DNA of 63,515 nucleotides, filler included, from Sphacelaria rigidula (Eukaryota), in the NCBI GenBank assembly GCA_964200075.2. It is 8 parts of 8 records of this genome, joined end to end, with 100 filler letters (N's around TTAATTAATTAA, not from the genome) between each part and the next. Parts side by side here need not be neighbours in the genome. Positions count along the whole stretch, not along the records: positions 23,857 to 31,708 come from CAXNAA020013226.1; positions 31,809 to 39,660 come from CAXNAA020013227.1; 6 more parts are not named here. The stretch is one strand, 5' to 3'. The translations under genes and the position numbers were made by a program. Shown piece by piece: positions 24,776 through 37,265 of this stretch (position 1 is the stretch's first letter; each line of letters opens with the position of its first letter). The notes below the pieces were generated by a model. The model worked only from the letters and a program-made list of their open reading frames with translations, did not search any database and was not told where the DNA came from.

Positions 24776-27700
24776 GATCTGGGATTTTCTCACACACAAT
24801 GCCCAACAGTGGAGAGCGACTACTATGTCGTAGGTACACAAAAGACGACTCAATTATGGAAGAGGGAAAGGTACTGCTGAACCCCTCTCGCGATAAAAAG
24901 TAAAGGCAAGCACCGCAGAAGGAAAGTGGAGAACTAAAACAAGCGAAAAAGCAAAAAATCCTGTGTTGGCCTTCCTCCTGTTGTGTGACCCCAGCTGATG
25001 CGCTCACACATACCGAAAAGTGTATAGACCGGCGTCCAGAATAGATAGAACGACAAAACACAACACAACACAACACAACACACGCATACGCACACACACA
25101 TTGCGGTGGCAACTAATGGATGAACAAAGCCGAACGGTTTCAGTTGTTCTTATTTTGCGTGCGCTTCAGGGGGAAGTGTGGTGGGAGAAGAGATCATCAT
25201 TTTATGGTGTGACGACAATAATCCCCGTTTGGAACTAACGCTTATTATGAATATATGTGGTGAATGAAGGCGGAAAAACGAAACAGGCATTTCTCATCCG
25301 AATGTGAATCCCACTTGTGAGAACATGACTCTTACGAACAACGAAAAAAAAAAAAACAGCACGAAACAGCCGTTTGCATAAAAAATGCCCCCAATTTTCA
25401 AATTTCGCCTCTTCAGTGCAGGCGGCGCCCCGGTGCAGAACACTCAGCGTGCGTGAGAGAGAGCACAGGAGAGTAACTGAGAGGAAACAGTCTGGTGTCT
25501 GCTCGAATATACCGATCGCAGCGTGCAAACAGAAAGTGTGTCGATTGGATCAAATGCCCTGCTCGGCTGCGACGATCGAAATGACATGGCTTCTGGACAC
25601 ACGGAAGTCCTCCGGCCACAACGCCAGGCTTGTAGAAGAGTTCTCGGGCTAGTCGCTTGAGTCCAGCAGAATCATGGCTGGCGACACGATCTCCTCTCTG
25701 CCAAGCAGAACCGTGGACATGACGACTGTCACTGATCCAATCACATCCACAGCCGTGCAGATCATGGGAGTCGGCGGATTGATGTGATACTGAGTCGGCC
25801 TTGCTTGTTGGACGTTCCCACCCAGATTAGGGCGTGGCTTGCGCTGGTTTTATACGCTGCAACGCGTTTTCGGATCCTCGAGCCACCTGTGCCTTTTGCG
25901 CCATAGCGACTTCAATATTCATGTAGTCTCGAAAGAACTGCGCGAATAGAACTATGAAACAGAAGAAAAACGATTTGCAGTACTCGTAGCAATAGTAGCG
26001 AATTCCTCAGATTTATGTCACAAGAGTTGATGAAACACCACACAGACACACATCATTATTGTGCGACTCCTTTGGATGCATAAAAAGAGAGTTCATTTCT
26101 TTTTAGGTGAGATATTAAGGTTATCCTGCGACGGTCGGTGTTCATGGTCAGTGCACCGAAGAGTAGTATGGAACGGCGGTGTAGCAGGGTAACATTGGGT
26201 GAACCACCAGGAGTGAAAGTGCCGTGTGCTGGAACAGAGAGTTCGTCCCACTCCGGGGCCATTGTATTCACGGCGACACTACATAATTATTGGTCGGTCC
26301 AACACAAGATTTGAATCTTTATCGGGGCTGACAGTCCCAAGCACTTCTTCCTAGCGTCAACAAAACACCGGACTCGACAAGCTTCTTACAGTAATGCTGT
26401 GCAAGTAGGATGGTTGTTTTTCATCCTGTAAAGATTCGGTGACCACAGATGCCACCGTTAAACTGGCTTTTCGTGAGCGCAGTGAGCCATCTCACGCACC
26501 GAACAATGTGATCGTATCCTGACAACGATCGGCCGCCGAAGAAGCCTGCACAGGCCACGAGTATAATCCCGCAACCGACAGGTGGCATGAAGACACTTCT
26601 CGTGTGCGTTGTGGAGCATTATTGACCATATGATGCGGCAACTGTAACCCTTTGACCGTGATGCGGGTAGTCTATCTAGATCACACATATATTTTTTCGA
26701 GTGACCTGGATGCCTGCTCAGCAGGTCAACTAATCTCGAGGTCCGAGGGTTACTGTAATGGAAAATGCTGTCAACACTGTCATCCCGTGTGTGAAAACGC
26801 GAAACACAGCACAGTCAGTCACTGGTCAACATCTGCACGAAGACAGAAGAAGATCCATGCTGCGACTGGATCATGCGCATGCAGAGTTTAGAAATGTAAA
26901 TAAATCTCGTATAATGTCGAGGGCGACCGCACGCCTTTTGTTGAAAACCGAGTAATAATTTGGTTCCGGTTGCAGGATCGGTTTTGGCGTTTCCCCTGTT
27001 GCCCAACTACTGAAGAGACTGGAGCGTAGTAGCCGGAAGGCGTCGAAAAAGACACAAACTCTTGCATGTTGCGATTTGCTCAGCGCACTGAAAAAAAGGC
27101 AAATATGTGGTCGTTTTTTTCGTGGTACCCCTAGGAAAGTAGAAGTCGTCTCTTTTGTGGTACAAAAGGCGGCGCATTTAGCAGTGGTTTTCGCCCTCGC
27201 GTGCGGCGCAATTCGAGAGACCTCCCTCATACCTGCCTCATACGAGAGCACATCAAGTCCACCATGTTTCATGGGCCTCGCACAGAGCTCTAGGGTTGGG
27301 TGTGTTCATTTGCGCGTGCCCATCTGTGCTCCGCTCGTTCGTTTTACTTTTTGCCACTGCTCTGTTGCTTACCGTCAGCCCAGGTGGGATTCCCGTCGAC
27401 AAACTCTGGCGGTCGTTCTACCGTCATTGTCCCGTCTCGAATGTTTTTGGCAGCTTGTGACCTTGCCAACAATAGCTCGCTTTTGCCGGAGGCGTTGTTG
27501 CTGCCGGCGTTCCTAGTGGAAGCAGTTGTTCTCGGCATATCGTTCTACTGTATTCCAGTCCGAATTGAAGGGCCGTGAGGAACCTATCGCATGACACAAT
27601 CGCACTGACAGTAAGTACAGTCCACCATGTATTGTTATCCTGAACTGACCTGTTGCTATGGTGTGCACTCTACTACGGTACGGGACTGTGCTGTTGTTTA

Positions 27701-27778
27701 ACTGTAAATCTGTGTCGTAGTTGCTGGACTGAGTGTCTGTGGTTTAGTCGAGGATTGCTGTGAGAGATACTCACTTGA

Positions 27779-27875
27779 CCCTTAGACCGCGAGATGAGTC
27801 TTTCTGGATCATGTATACTTTTTTCACTTGAAATTGATGCCGATTCAACAGAAGACTAACCTCGCGGTCTGAGGG
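27779..27875. mobile_element. Tiny piggyBac-like MITE (97 bp); second copy at about 40215-40317
   Basis: TIR CCCT(T/C)AGACCGCGAG (14/15), flanked by TTGA/TTAA; the contig 6 copy shares the internal TTGATGCCGATTCA. Confidence 0.75.
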
Positions 27876-29831
27876 TTAATCCAATATTTATACAAGCCAA
27901 ATCTTTGAAAATCTTCCGAAATGCCCCCCAGAATCTCAGTAGAGCGTAAACTTAGACCGTACTCGTATGCATAACTCGTGAAAATGGTTGATACTCGATT
28001 TTAGACAAAAACACCGATATTAGGATCTTTAACGGGGTTGACAGTCTTGAGTGCTTCTGACTTGCCCAGAGCTTGTGTGTGTCCACATTGGCAAATCGGC
28101 GCCAGTCTCGTTGTTACCAATGCACATCTTGATAATAAGGACGTACTTTGCACCCCCAGTGTTCGAGGATTCTTGTATGCATGGGTCGTGGTTAGGATTA
28201 GGGTTAGGATTAGGATTAACGTTAGTTGAAAGTAAAATTTTCCGAGAATGTTCTGTCAACCATCCTTGCGCCCGAAGCGATTTCATCCCACTAAAATTAA
28301 AATCTCCGGAGATGAAAATCAATCTTCCAACACGACTTGCTTGCCCACAGAGAACTTTAGTTCAGAGTTACGCTCTGTATTAATTTCGACATATTTTGAT
28401 CAGTAGAAGCGGGCTAACTTATTATTCTTCGTAGAAAATCCGGCTAGACAAAAACCGGTGCATAGGGTATATGTATAAGCATACAGTATATGATCAGAAC
28501 AACTGAAAAACGCCTTTTTCTCTCGGTCAAAATTCACTCACAACCAGAGGTACGCCCTGGTCTTGCTCCTGTAGCGGTCACCAATAATCCAGAGAGGATT
28601 TCTGTGCTTTTTTACCCACCACCCCTTTAATCGAAGAACCGCTCACTGACCTAGGACACGGCCCGGCGGCGTCGATTACTCCCAAGGCATCCGCCTGTCA
28701 CAATAAGTAGTTGATTCCTGATAACCAAGGTGAGCGTTGCGCTTCATGCGTTAAACTGTCGTTGTCTGCGTCTTCTGCGTTCCCTATTTTTTTGGGTTGT
28801 GTTGTACCGTGGTCTCCAAAGTGCGAGCTCACCTTGTTTTGTGTCCATCATTATGCTGTTTTTGACGAACCCTGGTCATTTCAGGCAGATTGTCATGGTG
28901 TGCCACCAGCACAGGTATGCTCTTCGTGTTGGCGGAAGTCGAGCCAAAGCCAACCACGAAGCTTGTGAAATGTGCACTTGTCCTGGCTGAGATGTGTTCT
29001 TGCACTGATCGGTAGGGCACGAATCCCTGACTAGGGTGGCGTGTTTGCTGGTGATTGTGTGTGATTGCGTGTGTGTTTTGGTGTTGCTTTCTTTGCCTTG
29101 TGAAGAAGCAGATCACCGGCATTTTTTATAGCTCCGCTTTGCTTTGCTCTGTGTTCCATGATAGACAACGGTCTGCGTTGACTTTCATGGTCGCTGCAGA
29201 GTTACACGACACCACGGCTTGTTCTCGACCACGGGATTTGAGGGCGTGCTGCATCCGGTGTATTTAGCCAGAGCTCATGGCATTGTTAGCTCTGCATACA
29301 TTGCGACGATCAACATCGGTTTCAACATACACATGAAACTAATACTGCCCGCGTACCCCCACCTCGCGAGCGATTTTCGTGTATATCGGTATCGATATAG
29401 TATTTGATGAGAGAGTGGATGCTGCGTCCGGTCCCCTGCTGGACTATTCCAGGTCGACAAACAAGTTAACCGCGCGGCCTTTTTTGTGTTGCCAGTACCG
29501 CTGCTTCTCGCACCCCGTGCAACGCTGTATCTACGCGTCATGGCACCTCCGTAAATGATTTCTCACCCTATGTGCTGTCCACACACCGTGATACTTCGAC
29601 TGCGTTCCGCTTTTCCTGCTACGAAAGCACAACGCATGGTACAGGGATCTTGTTTGTGCAACCGGTGGGTTCTACTGTCGCACGTGACTGGCCATACTTT
29701 GAATTTCGGGCGATTCCAAGCAGCAAGCAGCAGAACAAAACGATACCCGTGCCACCCCTTCTTTCGTTTTTTCCCTCGCTTATTTTTTGAACAACATATC
29801 CGGGGAAACCCCAACGCAGTTCACTCTTCAG

Positions 29832-30847
29832 GCTGGAAGCCTCAACGTAGCTCTGCGAGCTCGGACTTGAGCTCTTCGCGACCCCTTCCCCCCCCCCACA
29901 CGCTGGACATTGGGGTCTCCCAGAGAATGGTGCAAAACGGAGACTGTATACAACACCAGACAGAGATCACCACCCAGACAAGTTCCGGTACCCTCGGAGT
30001 AGCAGCAGCGGATCGAACCGCCGGTTGCAACAAGAACACGAACGCCCTTATAGTCAGCAACAACAACAGCAACAGTCAGACGACCGCCGCCGCAGGTGTA
30101 GTGGGAATGGATCACATCCAGGGCAAACTCGCAGGGATGCAACTCGGCGGTGGTGGCGGCGTGGACCCATCGGGATCAGCTACTCATTCCATGGGACCCT
30201 CTAGCAGTGGGGCCGCCGGTGGAGGCGTACCGGATCCAAGCAACAACACCGGCCCATCTCCGTACGGGCCAGGCGCAGATCTTTCCGCGCCAACGGGCGC
30301 GGATGGCGGCGCCAATAGCAACGATTACTATGCCTTTGCCCCTGGATCCGTTGGCATCTCGGCCGTGGACAACAGCACGGCCTCTGCAGCAGCCGGCGGC
30401 GGTGGTGGCGGTGCACTTCCTCCGCAACATGAACCCGCAGGCATAGGTTACTTGCCAAATGGGGGCGCCGGGGGAGGCGGGAATAACAGTCAAATGTACA
30501 AGAAGAGTGGCCCGCAAGACGGGGCGGCTGGCGGCGGTGGAGGGCGCCCAGGGGGCAGCGCCGGTGGCGCAGGGACAGATGTCAGCCGGCGCTTTGGTGT
30601 TCCTATGGGCGCTGGTGGCTCGCGGAACAACGCAAGTGGCGGGGGCTATGCGCCAGATGGCGGCCGGAGAACAGGGAGTGCTAACGCCGCGGGGGGGGGG
30701 CGACGGGGCCAGGGTGGTGCTGGCGGTGCCATCAACGGGGGAGGAGTAAGCGGTGGGCGCGCGAGAGGCGGCCCTGGAGTTCGCGGTTATGGTGGCGGGG
30801 AAGGTTCGTCGCCCCTGAGGGCTGCCGTCGAGCCCTCCCCGTTGCAG
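29832..30847 (+). CDS. Large Gly/Ala/Asn-rich exon, probably a disordered N-terminal region of an unidentified gene
   Basis: Open GC-rich frame (inside ORF 29555-30877) bounded by TCTTCAG| and CAG|GTTCGT; no recognisable domain. Confidence 0.7.
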
Positions 30848-31808
30848 GTTCGTCAGTATTGTTTGCCATGGCAGTGATGAAATGTCGTTTGTGGTTCGTG
30901 TGTGTAAAATGTTTTTTTCCTATTTTTTGGCTGGGATGGGTTTCATGGTTATCGTCTACATGTAGAACTTCTCTTCAAATCTACTTCGAATTTACAGGTT
31001 TGTACGTTTGTGCGGCTGTGGTTTTATGACAAGCACCATTCCTTCTTACGTCCGCCGCTCGTGTTTTTATCTTCTGTAGCCAGTTGTGCATCTGCTTCAG
31101 CTTATTCGACGGGCATGTAATAAAGGTGCCGTGTCTGCTGTTGGGATGATTGAATTGGATGTTTCCAAGAAAATTGGACTGGTGGGTACATGTCAATTCG
31201 CGTTATGCATGATATTTATTCCCAGTAAAGAGGAAAAGTCTCATCTCGTCTGTATATGAGCTCGACCGGTCAAATAAGATGAAAATATAGAATCGAAATT
31301 CGCGGTTCGTTTTTGTTCTCGCTCGTGAGAGTGGTGAATGTCCGAGTGGAATACTGGGTAGACCCCGTGCCGGCTTCTGTCTCGCATTTCTTCCCTCAAA
31401 GGGTTTTGATTGAATTCAACTACGAGTATTTGTCCCTCGTCTATCCGTGCTCCATTTCTGACGAAGTATACATTCTTACTCTCTTGTCGGGGCGGGTGAG
31501 TATTTGCTCCGCTGAAACGATCCACATGCATCCAGTCACAATCGCGTAGAGGTAGGACTTGCCATCTGAGGTGACGTTGGCCCGCGCGTCTTTTCTTTTC
31601 CCGCCCCTCCCCCACTTTGCTCCGTCTCGAAAGGGATGCGTGGTCAATGGTCACACGACTAAGGCAAGCAACAAATGACAACACGCCCCCCCCACCACAG
31701 CGCTACCCNNNNNNNNNNNNNNNNNNNNNNNNNNNNNNNNNNNNNNNNNNNNTTAATTAATTAANNNNNNNNNNNNNNNNNNNNNNNNNNNNNNNNNNNN
31801 NNNNNNNN

Positions 31809-32195
31809 ATTTGTGCAAATATGAGGATTTCAGTCCGTCTACAGGCGATTTTCGCCCGCGGATTGATTTTTCGGACCCCAGTCCGTTGGGCATTGTTTTT
31901 CGGCTAGCTGTGAGGAACCCAGATCAATTCTCCGATTCCGTTGACTTTTGGTAGATCACTGTTCTGCTCAGATTTGGACAATCCCGCATTCTCCCCCGAT
32001 CATTTCCCCCCCGGGAGTGTCCAAATCTGAGCAGAACAGTGATCTACCAAAAGTCAACGTCCAGAGAATCGGAGAATTGATATGGGTTCCTCACAGCTAG
32101 CCGAAAAACAATGCCCAACGGACTGGGGTCCGAAAAATCAATCCGCGGGCGAAAATCGCCTGTAGACGGACTGAAATCCTCATATTTGCACAAAT
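31809..32195. repeat. Near-perfect inverted repeat at contig start
   Basis: 31809-31980 is the reverse complement of 32018-32195, apart from a small indel and about one substitution. Confidence 0.92.
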
Positions 32196-32507
32196 CGAGA
32201 TTGATTCCCATAAAATATGGTCTAACGATGCAACCACCGACATATGGTGATAATACCAACACATGGGTTGTGCCGATTTTTCGGCATATATGATACCAGT
32301 AAATCTTACGAAAATGGAGATTCGGATATACACGTGAAGCATCCCTATATAGCGGAAAATGATTAATACGCTATTGGCAGAAACCAAGCCGACACGTCAG
32401 GAAATATTTCTACTGCTACTGCTGCTGCTGCTGCAGCTGATGATGATGGTGATGATGATGCTGCTCGTAGATATCCGTCCAACCCCCAAAAAAGGCATAA
32501 TTGAAAA

Positions 32508-32983
32508 CCCTTTCGGTACGTACTGGCGATGGAAAAGTGTGGATTTTGATGTGCTGTTTTTTTCAACGACATATACACGGTTGAGCATTTACAGCTTTCA
32601 CGCAAAACTATTAGCCCGAGGCGTGTTTTTCAGACCCGTAAAAAAATGTGCCCCGGTGCCTCACGGGACTCCCTATATAGAAAATAGACAAGCGGTGCCG
32701 ATTTTTGTTCGTATAGACTTCAGGCACGCAAGAGCTGATCTTGGCTGTGTGCACAAACTTGAACAAGCTTGAACCGTTGCGTTCCTCACTGGACCAAACT
32801 AATCCGACCGCACCGGGGTGACATTCTGGTGCGCGCATGACGTATGCTGGTGGATTCTTCTATGGCCTTCCGCCGTGAAAATGGTTGCCGTCGGTCTTTC
32901 CTGTTCCCATCTTTTCTTCTTTTTCAGGGCTTGAAATAATGAAGCGTCTGGCCCGGGGACGGAAGGGGAGGGTTCCCGAAGGG
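32508..32983. mobile_element. piggyBac-like MITE (about 475 bp); second copy at 58920-59388
   Basis: Collinear copies in contigs 5 and 8, ends CCCTT...AAGGG; the contig 8 copy is flanked by TGAA/TTAA. Confidence 0.75.
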
Positions 32984-33749
32984 TGAATCGGATATATGTT
33001 TTTGTCCTCCCTCACGATCCTGCATGCAGGGAGTGTTGTCTACACAAAACGCTTTGAACGATTCGCGGGGAAACCAGGTCAAGAACAAATACTCACGGTA
33101 TCTTAGTTTCCAGCACGTACACAAGAGAGCAAGACAAATCACACGTCTCCTTCTGTACTGTATTCGACACTTGATTTTTTGCGCAGATATCTCTCCCTGC
33201 TGGACGTGGACCACACAACTAAATCGTCCCGGCTACACCGCCTTGTTCCACAACTGGCAAATGATGAGCACGCACACCTACATACACACACACGCGGGTC
33301 AATACCAGAAGTAACAATTTCTCGTTTTCAATCTCGTTTTCATATTTTTTTGCAGTCCCCTCTGTTTGTGTTCAGTTTTTTATTTTATTTTTTAGCCTTG
33401 GGTACGTCTTCTCACGTGACTACGGCTGGATCTTTGGAGGATCAGTTAAAGTACGACAATCAACCCATCAATCAATCAATCAATGGGAAGAAAAAAAAAA
33501 AAAGGCACCTCACCACGCCCAGTACCAAACACGAACGACATCTGCACCCGACAATATTTCACAAGTCAAAATCGATTCATGGGGGTCGTTCCAAAAAATG
33601 AGGACGCGTCTGAGTCGGGAGTACGACCTTAGTCATGGGAGTCATTTCCGAAGAATGGGGGCGTGTTTGGCTCAAGTCACACCAGTCATCATTGACAAAT
33701 GGAGACGAGTGTCGAGGTGACATCACCACTTGGTAGTTGACAGATATTT

Positions 33750-34375
33750 CTCGGAAATTTATGGTTTGCGCAGGTGCTGATGCATTTCGAAAAACACTAA
33801 CCCTAACCTTAATCAAGGCATACCGATAACCCTCGGGCAAGGGCGGTACATAGCACCGCCTTGGCAAAGTGCGTCCTTGATAGACCCCAAATCGGCGCCT
33901 GTTGGGCAGATTTCCACGAAAACGCGTTCTGCGCACGCCAGGAGCACACGGGACTGTCGGCCCCACCAGATATCCGATTCTCGTTGTACACACTCAAATC
34001 AAGCAATGTGTCAACCATGGACATTTATAAAAGCCCAACGCCGGTTATAACTCCAGTAGACCTAAGGAAATAAATGTACGTGAACAATGGTTGGTACTCG
34101 ATTTTACTTGATTTCAGACTCAACAAAGTTCTGAGAAATTCATGGTCTGGGGCAGGTGAGCAGTGGTGAGCAATAGACCCAGCTCGTCCAGAACGTGTTT
34201 TGGTCCAAAATCAGCTGAAAGGCGTCGATTTGAGCTCTGGCAACGCACACTTTCCTAGGAAGCACTCTGCACCCCCTTGCCCGAGGGTTCTCGCTATGCC
34301 TCGGTCGGGGTTAGGGTTAGGGTTAGCGTTAGAAATGGCGGCATCTCCATAGTACCAACCATTAATTACGTACAT
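33750..34375. mobile_element. Long-TIR MITE-like element with TTAGGG repeats in both arms; partial copy at about 37335-37645
   Basis: About 33795-33935 is a diverged reverse complement of about 34185-34330 (…ACCCTCGGGCAAGGG…); CTAACCCTAACC on the left and GTTAGGGTTAGGGTTAG on the right. Ends are approximate. Confidence 0.6.
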
Positions 34376-34699
34376 TTCCTCAGGTCGCCTCTATAACTCT
34401 ACTAAATTTTTCTGCACCTTTTTCGACAACAGATTGCATTTGTAAAAAAAAAGTGTGCTGCCTGTGTACAGTACATGGAATCTTTTCTCTATTGCTAATA
34501 GAAGCATTAGTCGATACTGTACGCAGTACACTTTTTTTTTACAAATGTAATATTTTATTCATTATCCAGGGTGTGCACTTTTTTCAGGCCCCGCGTTCTG
34601 CAGTGCAAAACAAACACACGTCGAGGATTTTACCCCCCAACGTCATCAACAGCATTTACACTCTCAACCCCATATTTGCCCAGCAATCACCCTCCTCAC

Positions 34700-36745
34700 C
34701 TCGATCACTACCCCCACATCATCCTGCTGTATCCACGGCGCCTCCACCTGGCCCTTGCCCCTCTCCAGCTTTATCTGGCTGGCACTCAACCGAGGAGTCG
34801 GTAACGCTCCCTCCGTCAATGGTGCAGGTTTCTCCGAAAAGTTGGAGTCAAAGTCCGTCAACAACTCCGACACCACAATCCGGCCCCGATCCGACACACT
34901 AGCCTTTCGCCTATCCTCCCCCCCTCCACCCCCCCCGCCATTAAAGCCACCACCATAACCCCCCGTCCCGACTTCGCCCCCCCCGTTTCGATGTGGCGCC
35001 TGGGCAGCGGCAAAACTAATGCCCCCACTACTGCGGCCCTGCTGCCTGTTCCTCGCGGAGGCGAGGTTGAAGGAACTTCGTCGACGGGGTTCCCTCAATC
35101 GTTCCAGCACGGCCGGCATGTCGTCTTCGTCGTCGTCGTCATCGTCGAACTCTCCGGGGCCGTTATCTCTGACGGTTTCGCCTAACGGAAACGCCTCCAC
35201 TGGACGTGGTGCGTCTTGATGTTGGTGGCCCGTGTGGAGACCGTTGGGGACCACGCTGTCCCCTCCCCCCGCCCCCCCGCCGCTTGCACCGCCGCCGCCC
35301 CCGGCTGCCATTGCTGCCGCTATTGACTCTGCTCGTGCTGCGGTTTCGGCTGCTGCCTGCTGCTCTTGCTGTCGCTGCTTTTCTTTTCGATCGCTCCACC
35401 GAGACTGCACGCGCACGAGGGTTGCATTGTTGCATTTGTTGCATTACTGTTTGTACTCGTGCCATTGCGGTGTGGTGTGGCATGCGCAAGTGCATGTGGG
35501 TGTGGAGCGATGTAAACCAAGCAAGAGCAGTCAATGTCGATATGTACATGTATATATGTATATATATATATACTTCCTCTGTCCCACGAGTCTGGGAAGT
35601 TATGGGCGTTGAATCGTATGCCAACGTTGCCGATCATCCCATAGTTGGGTTCGTTAGGATGAAAAGAATAAAAAAGTTCGACAATACCAAAATCATGTCA
35701 AAATATGCCCATTTTGACCCTTTTTGACCCATTTGTACCCCACTATTGGCCGATTTTGGACGTTGTCACGTCCAGCACTAGCAATTACATGCTAACAAAA
35801 TTTTGGATGGGACGTGCGTAGGTGAACATCACGGACATGTCCAAAATCAGTGGTGGCTTCGCGATTTTTCGTGTTCCCGGGTCTCTCGTGCTTCCCTCGG
35901 AAAACGAGCGCAAAATGGCCGTTTTTGGTCCGACCGACTTTTTCTCGGCCGCGCGGCTGCATGGGTCAAGCACCCACGTTGTCGAAAGAATGTTGGCTCT
36001 AGCTAAGAAAACACCGACGGGTGCAATAAAAAGATCGAAAATCAAATCGGACACGGTTAAGGGGTCGCACAAACATGACTTCCCAGGCTTATGGGACAGA
36101 GGGAGTATATCATCAATATACGAAGTATTCAATAGCGGAAGCAAAAAAGTGATGACGAAATCCCATACTTCAACCCCCATCAAATATGATATTTTCCGGA
36201 ACAAGTTCTCGTATGATGCGTCATCGGCCAATTCTTACCATCTTGCACTACATGTGTATGTGCACCTACTGAATAAAAACCAAGTACTGCAGAGAAACAC
36301 GACGAGGTAGAACAAGAGCTACAACCAAAAAAGAATCGACTACGGTGGGTACAGGCAGTGCCAGCAAAGTTCCTGGCACCGTTGTAGGAACTCCCCTTCA
36401 ATAGAACACGTCATGATTCAACGCCGCCTGCATTTTCGTTATTTTTTTTGCTGCGGTCATTCCATCTATGGATTGTGGAAGCACTTCACACCTCATTGGT
36501 GTGGCCACGAACTACTTCTTTACCGATGACACTCGGAAGAAAATTAAACGACTACCGTCGCAATCGACGCATAACGCACACATGCTGAAACTCACTATAA
36601 TATTATATAATTCTCACGCACCTGTATTGCGGTCCTGTATTCCATGACGTCCGCAAGGCTGCCCCTATCCATGTACTCTAACACGACACGAATGCTCCCG
36701 TCCGGTCTTTTGAAAGCGCCAAAGAAATCCACCAGCTGGCTGCAA

Positions 36746-36790
<45 letters not shown>

Positions 36791-37096
36791 CACGGACGAC
36801 GAGGACGGCAGTCGTACAGGGAGAGAGAAGAAAGAAAAAACTAAGACACATGCTACGTGCAAAAAAGTGAGAGACAACAACAACAAACAAGCAAACAAAC
36901 AAATGACAGCAGCAGCAGCAGCAGCAGCAGCAACGACAACTCTTCGCTCACGTGTTCGTACAACCTTGCCCTGCTGGAACGCCGTGTTTTAATGGTCGTG
37001 GGTGTTATATTCATTTATTCATTCCTTGTCTTCTGTCTTCGTGTGCAACGGCTTTCTCACCACAGGCGCTAGATCTCTGGAAAGGGCGAAAGCGAG

Positions 37097-37129
<33 letters not shown>

Positions 37130-37265
37130 CGTGACAGAGCAACACAACACATTCGCACCCATTCTCCAATGATCGAAGCAGCGTCCCTATCTCCCGATCA
37201 AGCTGTCGGCGCTTCTCCCTGTCTAGTAAGCTGAATACCTTCACCGCGAACAACTGCCCCGTGTC
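34700..37265 (-). CDS. Partial MAP kinase kinase (STE7/MEK-like) gene; exons 37159-37265, 36622-36748, 34700-35404
   Basis: Spliced: DTGQLFAVKVFSLLDREKRRQLDREIGTLLRSLENG-CCSQLVDFFGAFKRPDGSIRVVLEYMDRGSLADVMEYRTAIQ-SRWSDRKEKQ...DDVGVVIE. Kinase subdomains II-V resemble MEK/plant MKK3; canonical AG/GT with matching phases (2,0). Gly-loop, HRD and DFG exons not found in the contig. Confidence 0.82.
35573..36105. mobile_element. Stowaway-like (Tc1/mariner) MITE (533 bp) in kinase intron
   Basis: About 32-bp TIRs CT(T/C)CCTCTGTCCCA...CTGGGAAGT(T/C)ATG with TA flanks; the CTCCCTC start is the Stowaway signature. Confidence 0.85.

Noticed and set aside
33230..33277. Possible terminal kinase exon (VCVLIICQLWNKAV-stop)
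   Set aside because: Only an AG after a (GT)n tract supports it; no kinase motif.
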